Positions 22,966 through 36,565 of a DNA stretch of 64,000 nucleotides are shown piece after piece. A program made the translations under genes and the position numbers. Under the pieces are notes generated by a model. It worked only from the letters and a program-made list of their open reading frames with translations, did no database searches and was not told the origin of the DNA. This DNA is from TPA_inf: Saccharomyces. Lineage: Eukaryota. The stretch covers positions 608,001 to 672,000 of the forward strand of contig BK006948.2 of NCBI GenBank assembly GCA_000146045.2, read 5' to 3'. The first letter of the stretch is position 1, and every line of letters starts with the position of its first letter.

Positions 22966-23751
22966 TCAAGCCGTTATATCGACTTGTTCTTCTTGTATGT
23001 CACAAATATTGACAATACTCTCCTTCAGCACAGCAGTTGTACCCCTGGGGAATTTGTAGCTTTTCTGCTTTTCTTCTCTAACATTTGGAGTCAAGTAATT
23101 CCTCAAGTATTCTGCATCTTTACCTATTTCCATGACACACACATCCACATTAGAACCAGACCCCAAATCATTCCAGATACCAGCCTGGATTGCATCAGAG
23201 GCCAACTTTATGGCTTCCTCCTTCGTAAGGTCTTGCTTCCAGTGTGATTCCAACACAGCCATTGCCGCTAGAGAACCAGATCCTAGAGAAAGGTAGTAGC
23301 CCACGTCAGTAGAACCATGCGCATGAATGGAGAACAAATGAGATCCCGTAGGGTCTACACCTGCAACAATCAAATAAGCACCAATATGACCTTGGTACTT
23401 AAATAGGTGCTGCTTTAGCATTTGTAAAGCTGAGACCACTCTTGGTTCTCTCGAGGTATATAAGGAATGTAATTCAATGTTAGACCCGATCAACTGCGTA
23501 ACTGCCTCAGTATCGGCGGCGGTACCGGCACCAGCACACCATATTTTGGGGGAAATTCTATGCAATTTTGCGCAATTCTTATCTGCGACAATTGGACCTT
23601 GTGTTGATCTTGTATCTGCTGCAATCACCACTCCGTTATTGAATTTTACGCCTACAATGGTGGTACCCGTGGAAGTTGCCTTAGGTTGTGTGTGCGAGTT
23701 TTCCGCTAAGAAATTATTTCTTTGATAATTGTCGAACGATAAACCTGCCAT
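22966..23751 (-). CDS. PUP1: 20S proteasome beta2 subunit, trypsin-like (261 aa from the first ATG)
   Basis: The track ORF starts at a GTG at 23757; the first ATG is at 23749-23751, giving 261 aa. Beta-type proteasome sequence with the mature N-terminal TTIVG after a propeptide. Confidence 0.9.
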   Translation of the reverse strand: MAGLSFDNYQRNNFLAENSHTQPKATSTGTTIVGVKFNNGVVIAADTRSTQGPIVADKNCAKLHRISPKIWCAGAGTAADTEAVTQLIGSNIELHSLYTSREPRVVSALQMLKQHLFKYQGHIGAYLIVAGVDPTGSHLFSIHAHGSTDVGYYLSLGSGSLAAMAVLESHWKQDLTKEEAIKLASDAIQAGIWNDLGSGSNVDVCVMEIGKDAEYLRNYLTPNVREEKQKSYKFPRGTTAVLKESIVNICDIQEEQVDITA

Positions 23752-24160
23752 GCTCACTCAATTCTATTTTCTACAATCAGGTTTATGTGGGGGGAGTATT
23801 CCTGAAAAAATTTAACGCTTTACTATACAAACTCTCCACCTCAACTGATCACCCTTCTGCTGAATTATTAGTTTATCCTTTTCATCTTTCTTTTTGGTAT
23901 TTTGCCACTCGGCCGGGTTATAAAATACGAAACATGGCCCTAATTTACCCGCTTTTACAATAAAGGGTTTGTAATGAGGGTAAAAATATTGGCCCTAATG
24001 AAAAATCACTAGCAACGGAAGTGCAAGTAGAACCCTGAAGTCGCCGAGTAGGAAAGTGATTCCCAAGAGGAGTAGAATAAAGAAGAGAATCTACATATGG
24101 ATTATTTAGGTAATAGTTTCATTGCTGATTGTCAACAACAATAATAACAAGGATAATTGA

Positions 24161-25120
<960 letters not shown>

Positions 25121-25281
25121 ATAACTAATATATATACTACTTCAACATGTCATGTATTCGAAAGTGCCTTAGACGCATTACAACTAAAGAAAAGAAGAAA
25201 AAAAAATCAAATCGAGAATAAATATGCCCATGTATATACGTCACTTGCGAATTGTCTATTTCTCTCGTTCCCCTTTTTCTT

Positions 25282-25566
25282 TCAGTCCGCTGATGTTATC
25301 AATGTGATATTATCGCCTTTCAACAGGATCTTCCCCAAGGGCGTGCCCTTCTCCACATCTTCTTTACCATCGGCACTATTCACAGGAATTTCCACGGCTT
25401 CATCGATGACAACATTCATGAACTCATCAAATCCAACTATTTTACCCTTGATTCTTATGCCGATTTGCTCGAATAACCATATCGTTACTGGTGTTTGCTG
25501 TTGTAAGAAGTTAAATATGCAATTTATTGGTGGCACCATGGCCTTGGTTTTAACTTTGTTCGACAT
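25282..25566 (-). CDS. SME1: Sm core protein E of the snRNPs (94 aa)
   Basis: 94-aa ORF with ATG at 25564-25566. Sm fold sequence (IWLFEQIGIRIKGKIVGFDEFMNVVIDEAVEI). Confidence 0.85.
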   Translation of the reverse strand: MSNKVKTKAMVPPINCIFNFLQQQTPVTIWLFEQIGIRIKGKIVGFDEFMNVVIDEAVEIPVNSADGKEDVEKGTPLGKILLKGDNITLITSAD

Positions 25567-25838
25567 TCCAAGCCTCTTGTTTTTCGCTCTATATCCTTCC
25601 TGTGTTCCTTAATCTCCTTTCCTTAGTATTATCTCTTACCTTTACCATCTATTATTGTTATTTCACTTCAATTTTCTATTTCTCTGTTAGATGCTCAGGC
25701 TTTCGGTATAATTGAAAAAAATTTTCGAACATAAGGGATATTGACAAAAAAATAAATGAAGGAAAAAGGCATGAAAATACTCGTTGACAGATCAGTATCA
25801 AGGATTTATTGAGGATATACTAAGGATTAACTTGCGTT

Positions 25839-28757
25839 ATGGACAACTTACAGGTATCTGATATAGAAACTGCTTTACAATGCATATCGTCTACTGCATC
25901 TCAAGATGATAAAAACAAAGCGCTTCAATTTTTAGAACAATTCCAAAGATCAACTGTTGCCTGGTCTATTTGCAATGAAATATTGTCTAAAGAAGATCCT
26001 ACAAACGCTCTTCTAGAATTAAATATTTTTGCTGCGCAAACTTTAAGGAATAAAGTCACATATGATCTATCACAATTAGAAAATAATCTACCACAATTCA
26101 AGGATTCTTTGTTGACGCTTTTATTATCGCATAACCAAAAATTGATTATTACACAACTGAATGTCGCGTTAGCACGTTTGGCGATCCAATTTTTAGAATG
26201 GCAGAATCCAATTTTCGAGATCATTTCATTGTTGAATTCTTCACCATCTATATTATTAAACTTTTTAAGAATTTTACCTGAGGAAACCTTAGACATTGCA
26301 TCTACTTCCTTGACAGAAGTGGAATTCAATTCCAGAATTCATGAACTAATTGATCCGATAGCAGAAGATGTATTGAAATTCCTTGTATCATGCATAGACC
26401 TATTACAAAATACAGACGGGAATTCCAGCTCATCTATTTCATTAGAACAAATTTTACGGTGTTTGAACTCTTGGTCGTATGAATTCCCTGTTGAACAGTT
26501 GCTAACCGTACAACCCTTAATAAATCTCGTGTTTGAAACTATTTCCAATGGTAATGAAAGTGACATGGAGGCATTCGATTCCGCTATTGATTGTCTCTGC
26601 GTTATCCTCAGAGAAAGCAGAGATACTACTAATGAGCAGTTGATTTCTGCTTTATTTCATCAGTTAATGCTTTTACAAGAAAAACTATTGCCTACTCTGT
26701 TCACAGACCATCCTTTGAACGATGAATATGATGACGATCTCCTAGAAGGTATGACACGATTATTCGTAGAAGCTGGCGAGGCTTGGTCAGTTGTCATTTC
26801 TAAAAACCCCGATTTTTTTAAACCAATGGTTTTGGTATTATTGATGTTGACCTGCAAAAATGAAGACTTAGATGTCGTTTCCTATACTTTCCCCTTTTGG
26901 TTTAACTTCAAACAAAGTTTAGTTTTGCCAAGATATCAAGAATCAAGAAAAGCTTACTCTGATATTTTTGTTAAATTAATAAATGGTATAATTACTCATT
27001 TACAATATCCATCAGGCCAGTTTTCATCTAAAGAGGAAGAAGATAAATTTAAAGATTTCAGGTATCATATGGGCGATGTGTTAAAAGACTGTACTGCAGT
27101 GGTGGGAACTTCTGAGGCTTTATCGCAACCACTAATAAGAATTAAGTCCGCAATAGAAAACAACAATAGCTGGCAAATAATGGAAGCCCCATTATTTTCC
27201 CTGAGGACTATGGCTAAAGAAATTTCGTTGACTGAAAACACTATATTGCCAGAAATCATTAAAATCATTTGTAACCTTCCAGAGCAGGCCAAGATTAGGT
27301 ATGCATCAACATTAGTTCTTGGTAGATATACCGAATGGACAGCCAAGCATCCAGAACTACTAGAAGTTCAATTGCAATATATTTTTAACGGTTTTCAACT
27401 GCATGAGGGTTCATCGGATATGCAAAGTATAATCACTGCATCATCACATGCATTAATGTTCTTCTGTTCGGACTGCTCTAAACTATTAGTTGGGTATATT
27501 GATCAGTTGATTAATTTCTTCCTCAACGTGCAGAGTTCGATTGATATTGAGTCACAATTTGAACTATGTCAAGGATTAAGTGCAGTAATAAATAATCAGC
27601 CAGAGGCCAAAGTTTCAGTAATATTTCAAAAGCTCGTAGATGATAATTTGCGACAAATCGAGGCTTTGATTCCTCAATGGAAAGCAAATCCAACGCTCTT
27701 GGCTCCACAGATTGCTGATAAGATTGATTTGCTATATGCGCTTTTTGAAGAATTGAAACCGAGATACAATTATCCTCAGCAAGGATCGGAACCTTTACTC
27801 CCCAGGATAGAATTTATTTGGAAGGCATTAAGAACTCTGCTAGTTGATGCAGGTGCAATGACTGATAGTATTATCGTAGAAAGAGTAGCTAAATTGCTAC
27901 GCAGAATTTTTGAGAGATTTCATGTATTTTGCGAGCCAATATTACCTTCTGTTGCCGAATTTCTAATCCAAGGTTATTTAACGACTGGATTCGGTTCCTA
28001 TCTGTGGTGTTCTGGTTCCCTTATTGTTATATTTGGTGACGATGAATCATTCCCCATATCCCCGAGTCTGAAAGATGCTGTCTGGAAATTTGCCCTCTCC
28101 CAATGCGAGACGTTCATACTGAATTTCAACAAGTTTGATAAACTTCAATTAAACGATTATCATGAGGCAATAATCGATTTTTTCTCATTAATTTCAGACT
28201 TGATAATGTTTTATCCTGGCGCATTTTTGAATTCAACAGAGCTTCTAGGCCCCGTACTGAATGTTGCCCTCGAGTGTGTTAATAAGCTTGATAACTACGA
28301 TGCTTACATATGTATCTTGCGTTGCTTAGATGATATCATATCCTGGGGGTTCAAGACTCCACCGATCTCAACAGTGTCCATCGAGATTGTTCCAGATGAA
28401 TGGAGGAAGCAAGTTATTAACGAAGTCGTGATAGCCCACGGTAACCAATTGATATTAGTGTTATTCATCGGGCTGGTTACTACTTTTGAAAACACCGCTC
28501 ATTCAGATGCCATCAGTTGTATTGTAAAATGTTTAAGGATATTGACAGAGGCAAACAACAACGATGCCACTATTTGCATCGATTGGATTTACAAAGTGGT
28601 GGAACAACTTGGCCAAGTAACCCTTAATGAAAGAGATAATTTGGCGAAGGCCGTGGTTGAGGGGTTGAATTCAAAGGATTACAGAAAGGTGAGGGAAGGA
28701 ATTAGGGCGTTTGTTGGATGGTATTCAAGAAAGAATATCAATTCGAGGTTTGAATAG
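25839..28757 (+). CDS. MTR10: Importin-beta family nuclear import receptor, transportin-SR-like (972 aa)
   Basis: 972-aa ORF with ATG at 25839. HEAT/ARM-repeat character and an importin-N-like N-terminus. Matches YOR160W. Confidence 0.85.
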   Translation: MDNLQVSDIETALQCISSTASQDDKNKALQFLEQFQRSTVAWSICNEILSKEDPTNALLELNIFAAQTLRNKVTYDLSQLENNLPQFKDSLLTLLLSHNQKLIITQLNVALARLAIQFLEWQNPIFEIISLLNSSPSILLNFLRILPEETLDIASTSLTEVEFNSRIHELIDPIAEDVLKFLVSCIDLLQNTDGNSSSSISLEQILRCLNSWSYEFPVEQLLTVQPLINLVFETISNGNESDMEAFDSAIDCLCVILRESRDTTNEQLISALFHQLMLLQEKLLPTLFTDHPLNDEYDDDLLEGMTRLFVEAGEAWSVVISKNPDFFKPMVLVLLMLTCKNEDLDVVSYTFPFWFNFKQSLVLPRYQESRKAYSDIFVKLINGIITHLQYPSGQFSSKEEEDKFKDFRYHMGDVLKDCTAVVGTSEALSQPLIRIKSAIENNNSWQIMEAPLFSLRTMAKEISLTENTILPEIIKIICNLPEQAKIRYASTLVLGRYTEWTAKHPELLEVQLQYIFNGFQLHEGSSDMQSIITASSHALMFFCSDCSKLLVGYIDQLINFFLNVQSSIDIESQFELCQGLSAVINNQPEAKVSVIFQKLVDDNLRQIEALIPQWKANPTLLAPQIADKIDLLYALFEELKPRYNYPQQGSEPLLPRIEFIWKALRTLLVDAGAMTDSIIVERVAKLLRRIFERFHVFCEPILPSVAEFLIQGYLTTGFGSYLWCSGSLIVIFGDDESFPISPSLKDAVWKFALSQCETFILNFNKFDKLQLNDYHEAIIDFFSLISDLIMFYPGAFLNSTELLGPVLNVALECVNKLDNYDAYICILRCLDDIISWGFKTPPISTVSIEIVPDEWRKQVINEVVIAHGNQLILVLFIGLVTTFENTAHSDAISCIVKCLRILTEANNNDATICIDWIYKVVEQLGQVTLNERDNLAKAVVEGLNSKDYRKVREGIRAFVGWYSRKNINSRFE

Positions 28758-28938
28758 TCATTTAATAAATAGCATATTGTTAATCTGCACAGAATGTATA
28801 AAAACAAAATAAACAATTTAATAAAGATAGAACTTAAAGGTAATTGAAGTAGAAAAAATTAAGTATTAAAATATTGTAATTAAATATAGAATTGTTAAGA
28901 AGAACAAGGAGAAATAGTGACATATGATAAACATCTCT

Positions 28939-30558
28939 TCACACATTCTGGTGACTCAATTTTCTGAGTACATCAGGATATGCCCTAAAAATCTCATCAA
29001 ACCTATGAGGGTAAGAATGATGGAAGACCTCCGGGTCATTACCAAGAGCAACAAAGAAAGTTGCAGTACCGGATCTAATGGCTTCTGTTGCAATGTTGCA
29101 AATCTGTAAAGCAATAACAAATGAGAATGCCATTAGGGCGCCGTTGTAAGCGCCGTTCGAATTGTATTGAGGCGAGGTAAACCTTAGATACAAGAACGTG
29201 AACAAAGCGGTCATATAACTAGCAAACATTGAAAATAGACCCAGTGCAATGTTAATTAAATTATCATTGATTAGGGCGTCCATTCCCTTTTCTCTTAACA
29301 TATACCAGGTTTCTTTGGCCGCTCTTAAATACGGTTTACCATAAAGAGCGATGAACGAGTATGCATAATGATTGAAATACTCGGCGAGCCACTTCAGAAA
29401 GCCGATAATCCAGTCAAACACCATAAACAAAATCTGGATGGCAATTTGACCGCCACCGCTGGAGGTAACATCGTGTCTGATCATTTGCAATATTTGTCTC
29501 AACAGGTCGATCAAAGCGACTAGCAAGGACCCAAAGCAAATGGAACCGAACGAGTAAGTCATGGCTCTCTTCAATGCTCCAAATGCGGGCCACCTTGGCA
29601 TTCCTTGGTCAGACTTTGACATATAATACCAGCTGCCAAAGACGCCAGAAATAACACAATGTATGACGTTTCTTATTACTTCAGAGATATAATAGCCGCA
29701 GAAAAAAACCACAACCAAAACACCAATCAATTTGGAATGCGAACAGCTGCCACCAGAAACGTCACAGCCGCCATTCGAGCTATTAGGATCGTACTTTATG
29801 TACGTAGCCACAATGACTGCTGAGAAGAGAAACCCAAACGCACTAGCAACTAGCGCTCCAACAAATGAAACAAAGAAGATCTGTGGGCATTTCTTCATGG
29901 CATCGACGACGACTTTCAATACCGCCACAGAAAGGGGAATTCTAGACCTCATACCCCAGTAGCACCACGCGGTCATGAACGTGAAGACTAAAAACACAAT
30001 ACCTGCAGACCAGTACCTCAAAGACATGTACATGATGGCAGTCCCAAGAGAAGCCACTAGGTTGATGACCATACCGCAATATATAAACTGCTTCGGAAAA
30101 ATTCGACAAAGTGTGAGGCCCAAAACGGAGAATACTAGGGCAATAATGCACACGAAAACTAGCAGGATGGCAGCATTGGTGTTCAGCGTACCAGTATTCA
30201 CACCATCGTATATTCCGGAACCCGTACTGCTATAGGTTTGGGACCACGCTCTTAAGGTTATGGCAGCAATGGCGATGAATCCGCCTACCGTGCATAGGAA
30301 AAAAATGGTAAATGGCCAATCGTTCCACCTGGGCTTGTTGTCATTTTCAGTAGGAAAGGCCTCGTCGAAGCTCCCTATAGGAGCCCCACTCGTTTTGGAA
30401 TTTAGATTGTAATATTGATCCTGTCTAAAATGGTACGGCGTCTGGCCATCGTTGACATTCGCCGCGGCAGAGTTCTCGGAAGAACTGGGCGGCCTATGGT
30501 TGGGATCATATGCTGGAGGAGGTTGCGGAGGCCTCTCGTATTTTTCATTCAATGGCAT
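28939..30558 (-). CDS. PNS1: Choline-transporter-like (CTL/SLC44) plasma-membrane protein (539 aa)
   Basis: 539-aa polytopic ORF with ATG at 30556-30558. Pro/Tyr-rich N-terminus and about 10 TM segments. Matches YOR161C. Confidence 0.85.
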   Translation of the reverse strand: MPLNEKYERPPQPPPAYDPNHRPPSSSENSAAANVNDGQTPYHFRQDQYYNLNSKTSGAPIGSFDEAFPTENDNKPRWNDWPFTIFFLCTVGGFIAIAAITLRAWSQTYSSTGSGIYDGVNTGTLNTNAAILLVFVCIIALVFSVLGLTLCRIFPKQFIYCGMVINLVASLGTAIMYMSLRYWSAGIVFLVFTFMTAWCYWGMRSRIPLSVAVLKVVVDAMKKCPQIFFVSFVGALVASAFGFLFSAVIVATYIKYDPNSSNGGCDVSGGSCSHSKLIGVLVVVFFCGYYISEVIRNVIHCVISGVFGSWYYMSKSDQGMPRWPAFGALKRAMTYSFGSICFGSLLVALIDLLRQILQMIRHDVTSSGGGQIAIQILFMVFDWIIGFLKWLAEYFNHYAYSFIALYGKPYLRAAKETWYMLREKGMDALINDNLINIALGLFSMFASYMTALFTFLYLRFTSPQYNSNGAYNGALMAFSFVIALQICNIATEAIRSGTATFFVALGNDPEVFHHSYPHRFDEIFRAYPDVLRKLSHQNV

Positions 30559-31559
30559 GACGTATTAATGTACCGATAATTATGGTCACTATTGATGGCC
30601 CTAATCGGAAATATGCACCTTCAAGTTTTTTATAATGCGCAATTAAAAAAAGTAAGAAAGGAATATAGAAGCATTCAATTGCTATGATTACCAATAAGTA
30701 GCGATTACGACTGAACTACATTCAACGAATATCCGCATATCAATATATATATAAGGGCAAGCTACGTATAAGGATATATATGTGATGATAATGTTATATA
30801 TAGCTGGCAATTACGCCATTACGCAAACAGAAAACCCCTTAAACCCCTCAAGGATCTACCGAAGGAAGAATCCTGTTAGAAGGGAACATACCAACCACAA
30901 AAAAAAAGAAAAAAAAGCATTCTGCAGTAATTAGCCGTAGTGGACTTTGTTTTTCTTTCTGCAAATGGCCGTGCGGTGTCGGGCGGGGTCTCTCACTCAG
31001 TACCATTACGTGTGATAACTCCGCTGGCGAGGTGCGCCGCTCCCTGCAGGCTCTCCGAGAGGAAATCTCTTCGCGTATGCTTATCCTTCATCAAGACGTC
31101 TTGGTAAGGACAACATTGCTCTACAGGATGTCGCCGCGTATGTCGCTCGAAGGGTAGTGAATGGCTGCATGTAGTACATAATTTGCGAAAAACAGTGGGC
31201 TTGCCAAAATCTGCCTCAGGTGACAAGCCATTTTTCCAGTGGGATGATCTACTCGTGTGTAAGACATGTCGAAACGCACGCTGTTGCATGAAAAGTAGTC
31301 GTACGGTTGTATGTGTGGTGTACGGGTGTAAAAGTAGTCAAGCGTATGGCGGTAAGCAGCGATTCAGCAATTCTATATCTGAATAAAGTGAACTTTTGTA
31401 CCATCTTTAGTAGCCAGTTGATTCATTTTTTTCTGTCAGGTGCGGCCCATCATCGAAGTGGGTTGATAATCTGGGTAATTATATAAACATTTTGATCATA
31501 AAAAAGAACTAAAAAAAGGCTTCAAAGTAGTCGCGCCGCGAGATTGCCTCGACTTAGCA

Positions 31560-33992
31560 TTAATTGTCTTTGTAATCATCGAAAAGAGTGGAAAATTCAG
31601 ATTGATTAATCAACTCTTCCCAGCCTGAGTTATAATTTGCCCAAAATTCATCTGTCAGCATCTGAATGATCTCTGATTGACTCTTTGCATGGTTCTTAGT
31701 TTCACCAGGCGAGGGTAACATTGGAATTATTGAGGGCGTGGGCGTTGGAACTGCAAGGCTGAGATCCCGCTGCCTATCACTCACAATTTTAGCTTCTGAT
31801 GATGGATTATCGCTCTGCGGATCTAGTTCTTGTTTGATTTGTGCTAGCCATGTTTCCTCGGTCAACTTTCTGAATTCAATAACGTTGCCAAGAATAGTCC
31901 TATAGGTCCTTTCAATAGCTAGCTCTATCACAAATTGTGATGATCTATGCATTGTGCGTATTAATTCTTTATTTCCGACCGTGAACAAGCGATCGAAGAT
32001 TGACGAGTACAAGCTCATTGCTGTACCTAAAGATAGATCCTTGTCTAAAGGAACAGTCAATTTCGTCAAATCCGACCATCCAACTTCCATATCGTTGGAT
32101 AGACATAGTCCATTTTCGAAAAGCGTCAACTTAAAGTAGATCAGAGAACAAAAAAACACCAATGTTTTGGAAAAAAGCCCTGCCGTGAGGCTCATTGATA
32201 ACGCCATATGTGGCGGTAAGTGCGGGTTGGAGGCTTCGAATTTCTCTGGGTAAAGTGCTTTGTCGATACGATAGCATCGAATTGTGGTATTCACAATGAT
32301 GGAAAAATTGATCAAAACCAATTGAAACGTATTATTTTTGGATTCTATGTTTCTGACTTTCAGCACAGAATGTATTAGTGCATAAAACGACAATAATAGT
32401 CCGACTGCCATACTTAAAATTCTACTTTCCCTTAATGGAACTTCTTCCGATATATTTTCACCTGTGTAATGTCCAAGTGGACCAAGTTCTTCTTCTACAA
32501 AATTGATAATTCGCTTGGAATAAGCTTTCAAATCCGGGAATTTATCTCTATCATAAAGAGTTAACAACATTGGCCTTGTAAGTTTTAAATATCTTTTCAG
32601 CTTCCCCTCATATGTTTTACTTTTACTATTCAATATGCAATGATCTTGGTTTTCGTCTAGATAAAATTTGTTAATCAATAAGGGTCTACCAACGTTACAA
32701 GATATGTTATAATCGATAAATATTGCCATTAACCAGACATTTTCTAAACTTTCGATGCTACCCATAAAAACCTCATGTTCCTTGAAAGTTTCTCTAATGT
32801 TTAAATGCAACCCTATTGTAGTAACCGTAGTAACTAAACATTCATTTATATTAACCAAATCGGAGCCATCTCCACCGAATGAATATGTTTCACGATGGTA
32901 GTAGAAAAGTATTAACATTTGTGCACGCTCAATGTAGAACACCTTAGCGGTGGAGGCCCCCTTTAGTAAAGTAAAGAACTTCTCAATTGGGGTTGGGACA
33001 TCTGTATGGAAGTATTTCAGACATAGGATTAATAGTATCACAGCAGCTTTGTAATAATTTTTCTTTGGATTGGATAAAATATAAACTATGGATCTGTCAC
33101 CTTCCGCCTTTACCTCTTTTTCGGGCATGAAATAATCTAAAAAGTCTCTTCTAACTTTTGCCTTATCAAGAATCACGTTGATCTCATTGCATGCTCCATC
33201 ATTAAAGAAATCATCTAAAATAGACAAAGCTTTGTTATATGATGGTAGGAAACGACATATCTGTTTGATTAATGGATCTGGCTGCCAATCCGACTCATCC
33301 AAAAGGCCTAGTTCCCTGCACATCGTTTTTTGGTTGTTTTGCTTCCATTTATTTCTTTCTACTTTAACCTTCGCCCATAATTGTTTATATTTTTCAATGA
33401 ACCCCCAATTACTATTTGCAATTTGGGTTCTCATAGAAGTGGGGCCGTATAGTGTTGATCTTCCGGAATGTTTACTTTGTAGGTAGTACCGGTCGGCATA
33501 TGGATTTATTACACCATCGGGTAATGGAGATGAAGTTTCAGTAGAACCTCTACCTACACTAGTGCCTAAAGGAGGGAAATTTGGCGAAGTGTACATGGAG
33601 CTCGCAGACGAATTAGTGTTTTTTTCAGCTTCTAGAATACGTATTTTGTTTTCTAGTTCTTCAACTTTCTTAAGTAAATCGGCGTTAGGATAGGGACCAT
33701 AGGTAGCTTTCTTTTCGATGTTTTTGTTGAATTCTTCAGCATATTGACAGGTTGTTAAGTTTCTAGAAATGCATGTAGAACACATAGGTTTTTGCTGATC
33801 ACAACGAAGTTTTCTCCTTCTGCAAAAGCCACAAGATTTTATAAGCTTGTTTCTCTTCTTACCGCTAGTAGAAGTTGGTGTTCCTGAGTTACTTCCATTG
33901 GCTCCACCGGCCGTACTATTACTATTATCGCTTGGCGGCGTAACGTTGGTGGCCTGGAAACTTCCCAACAAAGCATCGCTTCTTCTTTTCAT
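31560..33992 (-). CDS. YRR1: Zn2Cys6 zinc-cluster transcription factor for multidrug resistance (810 aa from the first ATG)
   Basis: The track ORF (852 aa) starts at a TTG at 34116-34118; the first ATG is at 33990-33992, giving 810 aa. Zn2Cys6 motif CGFCRRRKLRCDQQKPMCSTCISRNLTTC. Confidence 0.85.
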   Translation of the reverse strand: MKRRSDALLGSFQATNVTPPSDNSNSTAGGANGSNSGTPTSTSGKKRNKLIKSCGFCRRRKLRCDQQKPMCSTCISRNLTTCQYAEEFNKNIEKKATYGPYPNADLLKKVEELENKIRILEAEKNTNSSASSMYTSPNFPPLGTSVGRGSTETSSPLPDGVINPYADRYYLQSKHSGRSTLYGPTSMRTQIANSNWGFIEKYKQLWAKVKVERNKWKQNNQKTMCRELGLLDESDWQPDPLIKQICRFLPSYNKALSILDDFFNDGACNEINVILDKAKVRRDFLDYFMPEKEVKAEGDRSIVYILSNPKKNYYKAAVILLILCLKYFHTDVPTPIEKFFTLLKGASTAKVFYIERAQMLILFYYHRETYSFGGDGSDLVNINECLVTTVTTIGLHLNIRETFKEHEVFMGSIESLENVWLMAIFIDYNISCNVGRPLLINKFYLDENQDHCILNSKSKTYEGKLKRYLKLTRPMLLTLYDRDKFPDLKAYSKRIINFVEEELGPLGHYTGENISEEVPLRESRILSMAVGLLLSFYALIHSVLKVRNIESKNNTFQLVLINFSIIVNTTIRCYRIDKALYPEKFEASNPHLPPHMALSMSLTAGLFSKTLVFFCSLIYFKLTLFENGLCLSNDMEVGWSDLTKLTVPLDKDLSLGTAMSLYSSIFDRLFTVGNKELIRTMHRSSQFVIELAIERTYRTILGNVIEFRKLTEETWLAQIKQELDPQSDNPSSEAKIVSDRQRDLSLAVPTPTPSIIPMLPSPGETKNHAKSQSEIIQMLTDEFWANYNSGWEELINQSEFSTLFDDYKDN

Positions 33993-34252
33993 TGTGACGC
34001 TATTCTTATTGGCACGGCTGAGGGCAATAAACTTTCCCACTTTCTCGTTGATCTTGTTGTTCCTTTGATCTAACTTTTCTCTTGTAATTCCGAATTTTTG
34101 GCGTTTTGGTAATTCCAAGGGGAAGTTGTCTATTACATACGTCTAGTGATGTGGAATACTATAAATGTCTTGGTATTGTTATCCTTTTCCCCGTATATCA
34201 GCCTCTACCCCATTAGTAATATGGCATGGAACCTTTTAACGTTTTTCTAATT

Positions 34253-34260
34253 TCCGCGGA
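34253..34260. promoter_or_regulatory. Perfect PDRE TCCGCGGA in the divergent YRR1-DDP1 promoter, 261 bp upstream of the YRR1 ATG
   Basis: Exact TCCGCGGA in the context taatttccgcggattt. YRR1 is reported to be a Pdr1 target and autoregulated. Confidence 0.65.
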
Positions 34261-34713
34261 TTTAACTCCGTTCACTATGATTTCTGCCAGTATGATACTG
34301 GCAGAAATCTACATTCGCTATATATAAAGAGGATATACTGGTAATAACTACAGCTTCCATGTGAGCTTAAAACGATCATGCTCATCTTTCTTCATCTTGA
34401 TAGAGATTGGTAATGCTGTCATACTCCCGTGATTATAAAGCAGAATGAGAAATATTGAGACAACCGTAAAAACAGCTACTGCCCAGAATTTAAACCTTCA
34501 AACTTCATCATCAGAAAGGTATACTGTGTAAATAATGCGTAAATAGTAGGAGCATGGTGTTCTCTTGTCGTTGAAAGAACATCTGCGGCGAGCACGTGCG
34601 GCTTAATTCTCAAACGTCTCGCGGAGGTAAATAGTGTAAAGGGAAGCCTCAACTTTAAGACATGAAATCACACTGAAATAACGCCTGAAAGGTCAGGAAC
34701 AGTGAGTACGTAG

Positions 34714-35307
<594 letters not shown>

Positions 35308-35393
35308 CTAGCACATACATATATATGTATATACGTCATGGTCGTCAAGCCACCGCAAACATATTTATCTATTCCTTCGCAAATATGCTCTTT

Positions 35394-36338
<945 letters not shown>

Positions 36339-36565
36339 TTATTATTATTTATGTCCCTTTATGATGTTTACTTGGTTGTTTTACCGCACATGTTATTATT
36401 TCATTTTTTTGACTTTCCTTTCACTTTTTTTCCCATTGTTTGTTACCTTAACGAAGAGCGACAAAACGAACAAAATACTGAAAGGTGTATTTTGATGGTA
36501 AATAATTATTGACTTATTTCAACAAACGGGCTACTAACTCACTCGACGGTTGACATACTTTAGTC

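Noticed and set aside
31560-34118. 852-aa version of YRR1, and analogous N-terminal extensions of DDP1 (34726), RPS28A (41055), DCS2 (49120), YRM1 (46204), PUP1 (23757) and the MDM32 fragment (29)
   Set aside because: The listed start codons are TTG or GTG, not ATG; I checked this directly in the sequence. Trimming to the first ATG reproduces the known protein lengths of 810, 188, 67, 353, 786 and 261 aa.
36526-36540. TACTAAC branch-point-like sequence upstream of SEY1 (and one inside the delta LTR at about 56828), as possible introns
   Set aside because: No paired GTATGT 5' splice site at an appropriate distance. None of the genes here needs an intron to complete its ORF. The delta TACTAAC is a known coincidental match.
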